DNA of 64,000 bases from Clostridia bacterium (GCA_017463665.1 JAFTOT010000087.1:5871-69870), one strand, 5' to 3'; counted from the stretch's first letter, positions 25,901 through 34,602 are shown. A program made the numbers and translations. Notes: generated from the sequence alone by a model not told the origin.

Positions 25901-28713
25901 CCGTAACCGTGAGCGCCGGAGAAGAGAAGGCACCGGATATTTATAAGATCATCAGTGAGGGTATTGCAACCTCTGAAAAATATCTTCGTGAGCAGCTTAC
26001 CGAACTGCATGCCGACAGCGGTGTTTCCTACGGCTTTGAATGGTATATTACAGCGCTTCTTCGCGCAGGCAAGGACATTGACGATGATATTCTTGATGCA
26101 TATTATGAAGCCGTAGTTGCCGAGGTTAAAACATGGACCGCCGATGTGAAGCCTACGGATGCAGAACGTACCGCCTTGGCACTGACGATCATGGGAAAAG
26201 ACATCACCAATGTTGACGGTGTAGATCTTACGGCATGGATCTATAACAGCGTGAAACTGGCGGACGGATCCAATGAGCTGGCGTATGCGCTTCTCGCATT
26301 GGACGCAGCCGATGCGGCGATTCCCGAAACGGCTGCATGGGATAGGGAAGAGATGATCACCGAGCTGCTCAAATTCCAATCGGCAGACGGCGGCTTTGGT
26401 CTGCATGACAATGCCAAGGGCGATGTGGATATGACCGCCATCTGCCTGCAGGCATTGGCTCCCTATCAGACGGACGAGACCGTTGCGGCATCCGTTGCAA
26501 AGGCGCTGGCGTACCTCAAGGATGCAATTTCCTCTGACTATGATTATGCCGATAATTCCAACTCCACAGCACAGGTCCTTCTGGCATTGGCTGCTCTTAA
26601 AATAGATGTTACTGCCTCCGATAACGGATTCGGCGGCGCGTATTACAACATCATAACGGCTCTTGAGGCATATCGCAATGCGGACGGAAACGGTTATCTC
26701 TATGAGGATAAAGTAAACTCCATGGCTACCGTGCAGGTCATGCAGGCTTACGATGCATACAGAAAGGCACATAAAGAAAGTATTTCTTATTGGGACTTCA
26801 CTGTGGCAGGTGAGGCGTATGATGATGCAAATACAGGAAACGGTTCCTCCTCCGATAACAAAGCGGCGGATCCCGCCATCGTCTATGTAACGATCGCATC
26901 GGACGGAACGATCGTTACGGATAAGGACGGAGGCTATATGGCGCAGGTTCCCGTAACCGTAACCGACCGCGATAAAAACGGCGTTCTCACCGTGGATGAA
27001 ACGCTGTATGCCGCGCATGAGACCCATTATCAAGGCGGCGCAGATGCAGGTTACAGTTCTTATACCGGTGCATACGGTCTGTCTTTGGCGATCCTTTGGG
27101 GCAAAGGCACCGCGGGAACCTCTGCAACAGCAGGGTACTGGCTGAACAATGTCAGCTGCTGGAGTTTGGCAGATGCAGTGCAAGACGGCGATCATCTCAC
27201 CGCATTTAACTATTATGATGCCGTTTATTGGAGCGATGCCTATGCCTATTTTACCGCGAACGAAGTATCTGTTACTGCCGGTAATTCTGTCAATTTGCAG
27301 TTGCGCTATCTCAGCGGTTATGACGCAGACAACGGTTATGCTCCCATCTTTTCCGCATACTCCGGTGCGAATGTTGTATTCCTCGGCAGCAACAATAGTA
27401 TGCAGAAAACATTGACCACTGATGCGGACGGTAATGTGCGCATCAGCTTTTCGGGCGCGGCAAGCACCGGCACATACTACGTGATGGCGTATGCGGATGA
27501 CGGTTCTCTTGTACCCGCTGTCTGCAAGATCTGTGTGACCGCTGCAAGCTCCGGCGGCGCAGGCAGCGGCGATGATGACAGCTTTACCGTTTATATACGG
27601 GTCGCCGATCCCAAGGGAAAAACGTATCTGTCTAAAAAAGCATATAAAGTAGAGGACGGCGATTCGGTATATGACCTTCTGGAGAAAACGGGATTGGATA
27701 TCGAGATAACCAGAAGTGCCTATGGTGTCTATATCAATGCTATCGAAGGTCTTGCGGAATTTGACGAAGGTGCAGAAAGCGGCTGGATGTACCGCGTAAA
27801 CAAGAAGTTCCCGAATTATTCGGCTTCTCTGTATACGCTCTCCAAAGGGGATTATGTAGAATGGCTTTATACAAGAGATCTCGGTGCAGACATCGGCGAT
27901 AATTCTGACAGAAGTTCTTTGTCGGATGCTTCGACCGGAACGTACACGGTTAAGTTTGAAACGAACGGCGGCAGCGCGGTAAGCAGTCAAAAGATCGACA
28001 AGAACGATACCGCAACCGAGCCCGATGCGCCGACGAAGGACGGTTATACGTTCGGCGGCTGGTACACCGACAAGGATCTGACGGATGCGTATGATTTTGA
28101 CACCAAGGTGAAAAAGAGCTTTACGCTGTATGCCAAGTGGACAGCCAAAGCTGCATTCGGCGAAAATACGTTCAGCGACATCGGCAAAAACGACTGGTAC
28201 TACACTTACGTGCAGTACGTATACGAAAACGGACTGATGCAGGGCACGGACAATGGCTTTGCACCCGACAGCAACATGACAAGGGCAATGCTCGTCACCG
28301 TACTGTACAGACTGGACGGCGCAGAGGCACGTGAGGATGATTGCAGATTTACGGATGTTGCAGAGGGCGAGTGGTATGCGGATGCGGTCGCATGGGCAGA
28401 TGCAAACGGTATCGTGGTCGGTATCAGTGATACGCTTTTTGCTCCGAATGAAAACATCACGCGTGAGCAGATGGCGGCTGTTATCTATCGCTATGCAAAG
28501 TTCAAGGGGTATGATGTCAGCGACGAAGCGGAACTTTCTGCGTTCGCAGACACAGATGCCATCAGCGATTGGGCGCTCGACTCGCTTACATGGGCAAATG
28601 CAAAAGAGCTTGTAAAAGGCACAACCGACACGACCGTATCGCCGAAAGGCACGGCTACACGTGCGCAGGTTGCGGCTATCCTCATGCGCTTTTGCGAGAA
28701 TATAGCAAAATAA
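22966..28713 (+). CDS. Giant SLH-anchored cell-surface protein (1915 aa) containing alpha/alpha-toroid plus DUF4430 (transcobalamin-like) modules
   Basis: AAGGAG RBS and signal peptide MKAKRILSLLLVVVLVLAMLPTAVFA. Alpha/alpha-toroid-like region about 25930-26800. DUF4430 signature ESGWMYRVNKKFPNYSASLYTLSKGDYVEWLYTRDLG (about 27580-27885), plus a divergent copy (GYWLNN...DGDHLTAFNY, about 26863-27225). Three C-terminal SLH repeats (about 28150-28710). Confidence 0.85.
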   Translation: MKAKRILSLLLVVVLVLAMLPTAVFANDETAIQIASAADLPTEISAGSTYELTADITLASGQQIETLAGTLDGKGHTVTLADKPLANTVTGTIQNLGVQGTDTVTLSGVSGSMAVTLSGTIQNCYSLVNMTTSGWDDIGGLVGTLSGGKIYNSYYAGTNSAMFADGLVGSATGGEIANSYYTVGFSAIGMGGSKVTQTNVAKMSDMTGIAAVEALNTDISPIGYIWAQDTESTNSGFPILTEDTGDTSVNKTALEAKITDAKALPQEAYTTETWTALTNALDSAEDVWGKDDATQSEVNSALSALEAAINALEKKKPVEPVSSDGYTVKHITTQAELEAIGAGNTDTYYILDNDITFDGWYMSFATFNGVFDGNGKTITFQNDYTGLFKNIGSNGVVQNVHFAGALKSSADYGACAQEVQGAVINCYTEVAGGSASGFAKRLNGGILSNCYSISEATDGAIIEQTETPDGTPYTGTLRNVYWRSDLSQPVDLTKLTTVGEVKALDASAMKSLDFVAVLDANKGMYGIAWGQSSSGYPYFGEDQTYVPEEENKVSLSENKTAIAFTAERTQATTVIEDQDLQIDIHTALNGIAGLFSLPEYALQEGERIEWSASQQSPADVASVGSEYPYLSVEKEGVLVVSATLVKADSSTEVLACTKVTIRSNAIAAIRLYLAEYEDTENGEEIIDGKATVSGSESMRILVKALYTDQSSYQTVSESDFTFELSDPDGIVKHSEGSSAFSFRAPGTATMTVTHKTDSTLTADVALTSAYVPVTAVVPGVSGTVELHGRNGNSASGEDFLPDYANVVVTPANASYADSYTITGSDPSVAEYVTSMVYGYVPYKAGTVTYTATINDNGTVVSGDSAVTYVYKNPLKNVTVEKDSISMTVGDTTSAGLLFEGTLTDGHEVTETGMHWSFSTDGIVSVSRGSGAWKRDTGAPDDGSYFLSSAYTIRALSAGTVTVTGTPVDTTGGAQPISFTVTVSAGEEKAPDIYKIISEGIATSEKYLREQLTELHADSGVSYGFEWYITALLRAGKDIDDDILDAYYEAVVAEVKTWTADVKPTDAERTALALTIMGKDITNVDGVDLTAWIYNSVKLADGSNELAYALLALDAADAAIPETAAWDREEMITELLKFQSADGGFGLHDNAKGDVDMTAICLQALAPYQTDETVAASVAKALAYLKDAISSDYDYADNSNSTAQVLLALAALKIDVTASDNGFGGAYYNIITALEAYRNADGNGYLYEDKVNSMATVQVMQAYDAYRKAHKESISYWDFTVAGEAYDDANTGNGSSSDNKAADPAIVYVTIASDGTIVTDKDGGYMAQVPVTVTDRDKNGVLTVDETLYAAHETHYQGGADAGYSSYTGAYGLSLAILWGKGTAGTSATAGYWLNNVSCWSLADAVQDGDHLTAFNYYDAVYWSDAYAYFTANEVSVTAGNSVNLQLRYLSGYDADNGYAPIFSAYSGANVVFLGSNNSMQKTLTTDADGNVRISFSGAASTGTYYVMAYADDGSLVPAVCKICVTAASSGGAGSGDDDSFTVYIRVADPKGKTYLSKKAYKVEDGDSVYDLLEKTGLDIEITRSAYGVYINAIEGLAEFDEGAESGWMYRVNKKFPNYSASLYTLSKGDYVEWLYTRDLGADIGDNSDRSSLSDASTGTYTVKFETNGGSAVSSQKIDKNDTATEPDAPTKDGYTFGGWYTDKDLTDAYDFDTKVKKSFTLYAKWTAKAAFGENTFSDIGKNDWYYTYVQYVYENGLMQGTDNGFAPDSNMTRAMLVTVLYRLDGAEAREDDCRFTDVAEGEWYADAVAWADANGIVVGISDTLFAPNENITREQMAAVIYRYAKFKGYDVSDEAELSAFADTDAISDWALDSLTWANAKELVKGTTDTTVSPKGTATRAQVAAILMRFCENIAK

Positions 28714-28730
28714 TGGATGTATAAGGGAAT

Positions 28731-28766
28731 GCGAACAGCCATGCGGCTGCTCGCTTTTCCCGTTTT
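28731..28766 (+). terminator. Weak intra-operon hairpin / partial terminator
   Basis: GCGAACAGCC-ATGC-GGCTGCTCGC (one mismatch) followed by TTTTCCCGTTTT. Sits between the giant gene and the next gene. Confidence 0.35.
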
Positions 28767-28780
28767 GGAAAGGCTTTACA

Positions 28781-30340
28781 ATGAAGAAGATATTTTCACT
28801 GCTGTTGTGTCTGCTCATGCTTGTCGGCATGGTTTTGCCTGCTTTGGCTGCGGATAGCGACACCGTTTCCGATGTCGCGGCATATGTGTACAAAACCGTC
28901 AGCGAACCGCAGGTGGGGGCTGTCGGCGGCGAGTGGGCGATCCTCGGGCTCGCGCGCGGCGGTGCGGATATCCCGAGCGAATACTATGCCGATTATTATG
29001 CAAACGTGGAGGAGTATGTAAAAGCGCGCGAAGGCGTTTTGCATACGAAGAAGTATACCGAGTATTCGCGTGTGGTACTTGCACTGACCGCCATCGGGAA
29101 AGATCCCGCAAATGTCGCGGGGTATGATCTGCTCGCGCCGCTCGGCGACTTTGATAAAACCATATGGCAGGGGATAAACGGTGCGATATTCGCACTGCTT
29201 GCCCTGGACAGCGGCGAGTATGAAAGTGCGCTTCGAGAAAAATATGTTGACTATATTTTGCAAAAGCAGCTTGCCGACGGCGGATGGGCACTCTCGGGCG
29301 AGAGCGTCGATGCGGATGTTACCGCCATGGCACTGCAGGCACTTGCGAAATATACGGATAAAGCATCGGTAAAAACGGCGGTCGAAGATGCGCTGATCTG
29401 CTTATCCGAAATGCAGAATGCAAGCGGCGGATTTTCAACCTACGGCGAGCAGACCGCCGAGAGCTCGGCGCAGGTGATCGTTGCGCTTTGCGAGCTTGGC
29501 ATTTCTCTCGATGACACACGCTTTGTCAAAAACGGAAATACCGTGCCGGATAATTTGATGACCTATTCTGTCAGCGGAGAGGGCTTTAGGCATACGCTCG
29601 GCGGCGGCACAAATCAGATGACTACAGAGCAGTGCCTGTATGCGCTGGTCGCCGCGGAGCGTGCGGCAAGCGGCAAAAACAGTCTCTATCGCATGGGCGA
29701 TGCACAAGATCTCGCGGGCGACGCCGCAGGTCTTGCAGGCAAGCACGCCGATGTTACCGTAAAATCGTTTGTTGCCGCAAAAACATTTGCAGACATTACA
29801 GGTCACAACAATCAAGCGGCAATAGAGGCGCTCGCATCGAGAAAGATCATCAACGGCAAGACCGAGATTTCGTTTGACCCCGATGCAACGATGACGCGCG
29901 CCGAGTTTGCAACGATCGTGGTAAATGCGCTCGGACTTCCGCAGCAAAGCCAAGCGGCGTTTGCGGATGTCACGGACAGTGATTGGTATTACGGTTACAT
30001 CAATACCGCGTATGCGTACGGCATTATCAAGGGCGTGTCCGATACCGAATTCAATCCGAGCGGCACCATTACGCGGGAAGAAGCGGCGGTCATGGTCGCG
30101 CGCGCGGCAAAGCTCTGCGGTGTGAGCACCGACTATACCGCATATGAAGCGCGTAATGTCCTCGCGGGATTTTCTGATTATGTAAAGGCGTCTGAATGGG
30201 CATACAGTTCGCTGGCATTTTGCTATGATAAAGGCATTTTGGATGACAGCGTCCTGTCGATACAACCGAAGGAATCTGTGACGCGCGGAGAAATTGCACA
30301 GATGCTTTACAACATGCTTTCGCTGTCGAAGCTTTTATAA
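28781..30340 (+). CDS. SLH-anchored surface protein with alpha/alpha-toroid (prenyltransferase/terpene-cyclase-like repeat) domain
   Basis: Signal peptide MKKIFSLLLCLLMLVGMVLPALA. Repeats QLADGGWALSG...VTAMALQAL and MQNASGGFSTYGE...SSAQVIVAL. Three SLH repeats at the C-terminus. Confidence 0.8.
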   Translation: MKKIFSLLLCLLMLVGMVLPALAADSDTVSDVAAYVYKTVSEPQVGAVGGEWAILGLARGGADIPSEYYADYYANVEEYVKAREGVLHTKKYTEYSRVVLALTAIGKDPANVAGYDLLAPLGDFDKTIWQGINGAIFALLALDSGEYESALREKYVDYILQKQLADGGWALSGESVDADVTAMALQALAKYTDKASVKTAVEDALICLSEMQNASGGFSTYGEQTAESSAQVIVALCELGISLDDTRFVKNGNTVPDNLMTYSVSGEGFRHTLGGGTNQMTTEQCLYALVAAERAASGKNSLYRMGDAQDLAGDAAGLAGKHADVTVKSFVAAKTFADITGHNNQAAIEALASRKIINGKTEISFDPDATMTRAEFATIVVNALGLPQQSQAAFADVTDSDWYYGYINTAYAYGIIKGVSDTEFNPSGTITREEAAVMVARAAKLCGVSTDYTAYEARNVLAGFSDYVKASEWAYSSLAFCYDKGILDDSVLSIQPKESVTRGEIAQMLYNMLSLSKLL

Positions 30341-30349
30341 GGAGTACGG

Positions 30350-30994
30350 ATGAAAAAATATAGCAACAAGATCATAGCGGGTGTGCTTATCCTTGCGGTT
30401 TTGGCTCTTGTATTTTGGTGGGGCGGCAATGCGCCGAGTCTGCACGGCTTTCTCCCCTCCGAGGAGACAACTGCGGATACCGCCGTAACGGACAAATTTA
30501 AGACCGATTCCATACCCGATGGCAGACCGTTGCCGGTGGAGCCGCAGGATGTGGTGATTTCGGACAAAGAACTTACCTGCACGCTTTCGGTGCGGTGCGA
30601 TACGATTTTGGATAACATGGATTGGCTCGCCCCCGAAAAGGTTGCGCTTGTACCCAAGGACGGCGTTCTCTACGCCGAAAAGACGGTCACCTTTTACGAG
30701 GGCGAAAGTGTGTTCAATGTGCTTGTCCGCGAGATGAAGCAAAGTAAAATCCACATGGAATTTGTCAATACGCCGATCTACAACAGCGCGTACATCGAGG
30801 GTATCGGCAATCTCTATGAATTTGACTGCGGCGAGCTTTCGGGCTGGATGTATAAGGTGAACGATTGGTTCCCGAATTACGGTTGTTCGCGCTATCAGCT
30901 TGGCGACGGCGACAAAGTTGAATGGGTATATACCTGTGACCTCGGGGAAGATGTCGGCGGCGGATATTCGTCGGGAGAGCAGAAGGATGAATGA
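30350..30994 (+). CDS. Membrane-anchored DUF4430 (transcobalamin-like C-terminal domain) protein
   Basis: N-terminal TM anchor (IIAGVLILAVLALVFWW). Signature LSGWMYKVNDWFPNYGCSRYQLGDGDKVEWVYTCDLG. Confidence 0.8.
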   Translation: MKKYSNKIIAGVLILAVLALVFWWGGNAPSLHGFLPSEETTADTAVTDKFKTDSIPDGRPLPVEPQDVVISDKELTCTLSVRCDTILDNMDWLAPEKVALVPKDGVLYAEKTVTFYEGESVFNVLVREMKQSKIHMEFVNTPIYNSAYIEGIGNLYEFDCGELSGWMYKVNDWFPNYGCSRYQLGDGDKVEWVYTCDLGEDVGGGYSSGEQKDE

Positions 30995-31874
30995 GTTTAG
31001 GACCTACCATCCGATCGTGAATTTTGCCTATTTCGCATTGGTGATCGGATTTTCGATGTTCTATATGCATCCCATTTGTCTTGCCATCTCGTTTGCCGGT
31101 GGCTTTGTCTATTCGGTCATGCTGAAAGGCAGAAAAGCAATACAAACAAATTTGCGGTATATGCTGCCGATGATGCTTGTAACGGCACTGATCAATCCTG
31201 CGTTTAATCATGAGGGAGTCACGATCCTAACTTATTTGCCGAGCGGCAATCCGCTTACTTTAGAATCCATATGGTACGGGTTTGCGGCGGCGCTGATGAT
31301 CGTCAGTGTAATGTGTCACTTTTCGTGTTATAACGCCGTTATGACAAGCGACAAATTCATCTATCTGTTCGGCAGAGTGATTCCGTCATTGTCACTGATA
31401 CTTTCCATGACACTTCGTTTTGTGCCCAAGTTTACGGCGCAGTTGAAAGTGGTGACAAATGCGCAGAAATGTATCGGGCGCGATGCTTCCGGCGGCTCAT
31501 TGGTACATCGAGCGAAGAATGGCATTTCCATATTGTCGGTAATGATCACATGGTCGCTCGAAAATGCTATCGAGACTGCCGACAGCATGAAGTCGCGCGG
31601 CTATGGTATGCGCGGGCGAACCGCCTTCTCGGTTTTTACGTTTGATAAGAGAGATGCGACAGCGCTTTTGGGGATCTTGTTTTTGGGACTTTATGTGTTT
31701 GTCGGCGGCGTGACCGGAGGCATCGACTTCCGATATTTTCCGTCGGTAAGATCGTCCGAACCGACTATATATACTTGCAGCATTCTTGCGGCATATTTTG
31801 CACTGTGTATAGTGCCGATAGCAATCGAGCTCTGGGAGGTGAGAAAGTGGAAGATTTTAAGATCGAAAATTTAA
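30987..31874 (+). CDS. ecfT: ECF transporter transmembrane (T) component, EcfT/CbiQ family
   Basis: ATGAATGA overlap with the upstream stop. Polytopic, with coupling-helix-like SMKSRGYG. The ORF-track start 30900 is rejected. Confidence 0.8.
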   Translation: MNEFRTYHPIVNFAYFALVIGFSMFYMHPICLAISFAGGFVYSVMLKGRKAIQTNLRYMLPMMLVTALINPAFNHEGVTILTYLPSGNPLTLESIWYGFAAALMIVSVMCHFSCYNAVMTSDKFIYLFGRVIPSLSLILSMTLRFVPKFTAQLKVVTNAQKCIGRDASGGSLVHRAKNGISILSVMITWSLENAIETADSMKSRGYGMRGRTAFSVFTFDKRDATALLGILFLGLYVFVGGVTGGIDFRYFPSVRSSEPTIYTCSILAAYFALCIVPIAIELWEVRKWKILRSKI

Positions 31875-34504
31875 GCTTTACATACCCCAACCGTGCGTGC
31901 GCGGCACTCACCGATATCAATCTCACCGTCCATGCGGGAGAGTTTATAACGGTTTGCGGCAAGTCCGGTTGCGGAAAAACAACGCTTCTGCGCCTGCTCA
32001 AAACTGCACTTGCACCACACGGCAAACTGCAGGGCACTATTGATTTCCGAGGCACGCCGCTCGCCGATACGGATGCAAGAACGCAGGCGGCAGGAATAGG
32101 CTTTGTAATGCAGAACCCCGATAACCAAATTGTGACCGACAAGGTGTGGCACGAACTTGCGTTCGGTCTTGAAAGCCTTGGATACCCAACCTCCGAGATA
32201 CGCACACGCGTGTCTGAGATGGCATCGTTCTTCGGTATTCAAACATGGTTTCACAAAAGCGTGATCGAACTCTCGGGCGGTCAAAAGCAACTTTTGAATC
32301 TCGCTTCGGTCATGGTCATGCAGCCGTCCGTCCTGATCTTGGACGAGCCGACGAGTCAGCTGGATCCGATCGCCGCGGAAGATTTTTTGAAAACGCTTGC
32401 AAAGATCAACCGCGAACTCGGCACAACGATCATAATATCCGAGCATCGATTGGAAGACGAAATTCCGATATCCGACCGCGTGGTCGTCATGGATCGCGGC
32501 AGAATCATTGCGAACGCAGAGCCGAAAAAAGTCGGCGAGATCTTAAAAGCAAAACAGCATGATATGTACGCGGCTTTGCCCACGCCGATGCGCATTTACG
32601 GCGCGGTCGCGTCTGAGGCGGAGTGTCCGCTCACGGTTCGGGAAGGCAGGGCATGGCTTGAAAAATACGCCGAGAATAATCTGCTCAACGCCGACTTGAT
32701 ACCAAAAGCCGAGAATAGGAACAGTCCGACAGAAACGGCGATCGAGATAAACGATGCTTGGTTTCGGTATGAAAAGGATCTGCCCGATGTTATCAAGGGG
32801 CTGAATATCAAAATCTACAAGGGCGAACTTTTTACGATGCTCGGCGGCAACGGAACGGGGAAAACAACGGCGCTTTCCCTGATCAGCGGTCTTAACACTC
32901 CGTATCGCGGAGAAATACGCATCAACGGTGAAAACATTTCTAAAATACAGAATTTGTATAACGGCGTTTTGGGCGTTCTTCCGCAGAATCCGCAAAGCCT
33001 GTTTGTGAAAAAGACAGTTTACCTTGACCTTATGGAAATTCTGTCCGAAAGGAAGCTATCCAAAGAGGAAAAAGAAAACAGAGTCAAAAATATATCCGCA
33101 CTTTGCAGAATAGATGCTCTGTTGGGAAGTCATCCTTACGATTTGTCCGGCGGTGAGCAGCAGCGCGCAGCACTCGCAAAGGTGCTCTTGATGTCGCCGC
33201 AGATACTTTTGCTCGACGAGCCGACAAAAGGGCTTGACGCACATTTTAAGCAGATCTTTGCAGATATTCTATGTGACCTGAAAGCAAACGGTGTAACCGT
33301 AGTGATGGTATCGCATGATATCGAATTCTGTGCCGCGTATGCTGACAGATGCGCGATGTTTTTTGACGGAAACATTACGGCGTTCGGAGAGCCGAGAGCG
33401 TTTTTCGCAGGAAAAAACTTTTATACCACGTCTGCAAACAGAATGGCAAGAACAAGACTTCCGAATGCTGTGCTTGCAGAAGATATAATACTTGCTTGCG
33501 GCGGCAGAACAACGAAAAAAGAAAGAAAACATCCAACCGTTGTATGGCTTCCGAAAAACGAAGAAGTACCTGAAAAGAAAACTAAAAGAAAGCTGACACC
33601 CAGGCGGATCCTTTTGGGAGTCATATTTGCTTTGCTTTTTGTCTTGACTCTCTGTATGCAGGAAAAGGCAGTAACCGACGTAGCGATCTCTTTGGCGCAG
33701 GTAGCGGGCATATTGGAATTGGCGGTGTGCCTGATCTGCTTCTTGCCGCAAAAAGAATTCGGTATTGCATGTATAAAGCAACCTGCACATAAGCGGAAGC
33801 TGACAAAACGGACACTTGCCGCCGCCTTTCTGATCCTGCTTGCGATACCGCTTACGATTTATATCGGTACATATTTTTTAGACAACCGAAAGTATTATTT
33901 CATAAGCCTTTTCATCATACTTGAAACAATGATACCTTTCGCTATGGTGTTTGAAAGCAGAAAACCGCAGGCACGGGAGCTTGTCATAATCAGCGCGCTG
34001 TGCGCCATTGCGGTGGCGGGCAGAGCCGCGTTTTTTATGCTGCCGCAGTTTAAACCCGTTACCGCACTCGTCATCATTGCAGGCGTGTGCTTCGGCGGTG
34101 AAACGGGATTTTTGGTGGGAGCGATCACAGGGTTTGTATCGAATTTCTTTTTCGGGCAGGGACCGTGGACGCCGTGGCAGATGTTCGCCTTTGGCATTAT
34201 CGGCTTTATTGCGGGAATACTGTTCAGAAAAGGACTATTGCGAAAAACACGGCTTTCGCTTTGCATATTCGGTTTTTTTGCGGCTCTTGTCATTTACGGC
34301 GGTATTATGAACCCCGCATCGGTACTGATGTATCAGGAGAAAATCACAAAGGAAATGATCCTATACGCATATATAACCGGTATGCCGTTTGATTTGGTGC
34401 ACGCCGCATCCACGAGCTTTTTCTTGTGGTTTGTCGCAGAACCGATGATAGAAAAGCTGGAGAGAATTAAAGTTAAATACGGATTGATCGAACGTATAGT
34501 TTGA
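31847..34504 (+). CDS. Fused ECF ATPase EcfA-EcfA' with C-terminal polytopic (S-component-like) membrane domain
   Basis: GTG start 7 nt after GGAGG. Two ABC cassettes (GKSGCGKTT/LSGGQKQLLNLA/ILDEPTSQLD and GGNGTGKTT/LSGGEQQRAALA/LLLDEPTKGLD). About 290 C-terminal aa of TM helices (...KPVTALVIIAGVCFGGETGFLVGAITGFVSNFFFGQGPWTPWQMFAFG...). Confidence 0.8.
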   Translation: MEDFKIENLSFTYPNRACAALTDINLTVHAGEFITVCGKSGCGKTTLLRLLKTALAPHGKLQGTIDFRGTPLADTDARTQAAGIGFVMQNPDNQIVTDKVWHELAFGLESLGYPTSEIRTRVSEMASFFGIQTWFHKSVIELSGGQKQLLNLASVMVMQPSVLILDEPTSQLDPIAAEDFLKTLAKINRELGTTIIISEHRLEDEIPISDRVVVMDRGRIIANAEPKKVGEILKAKQHDMYAALPTPMRIYGAVASEAECPLTVREGRAWLEKYAENNLLNADLIPKAENRNSPTETAIEINDAWFRYEKDLPDVIKGLNIKIYKGELFTMLGGNGTGKTTALSLISGLNTPYRGEIRINGENISKIQNLYNGVLGVLPQNPQSLFVKKTVYLDLMEILSERKLSKEEKENRVKNISALCRIDALLGSHPYDLSGGEQQRAALAKVLLMSPQILLLDEPTKGLDAHFKQIFADILCDLKANGVTVVMVSHDIEFCAAYADRCAMFFDGNITAFGEPRAFFAGKNFYTTSANRMARTRLPNAVLAEDIILACGGRTTKKERKHPTVVWLPKNEEVPEKKTKRKLTPRRILLGVIFALLFVLTLCMQEKAVTDVAISLAQVAGILELAVCLICFLPQKEFGIACIKQPAHKRKLTKRTLAAAFLILLAIPLTIYIGTYFLDNRKYYFISLFIILETMIPFAMVFESRKPQARELVIISALCAIAVAGRAAFFMLPQFKPVTALVIIAGVCFGGETGFLVGAITGFVSNFFFGQGPWTPWQMFAFGIIGFIAGILFRKGLLRKTRLSLCIFGFFAALVIYGGIMNPASVLMYQEKITKEMILYAYITGMPFDLVHAASTSFFLWFVAEPMIEKLERIKVKYGLIERIV

Positions 34505-34602
34505 CCAATAGTTTGGCAATACCTCACCGTCCAACCTGTAAACGGCGGCTGCGGGATCGATTTTTCAACATCGTTACTTGTCTAACCGGTGTCAAGCGAA
34601 AG

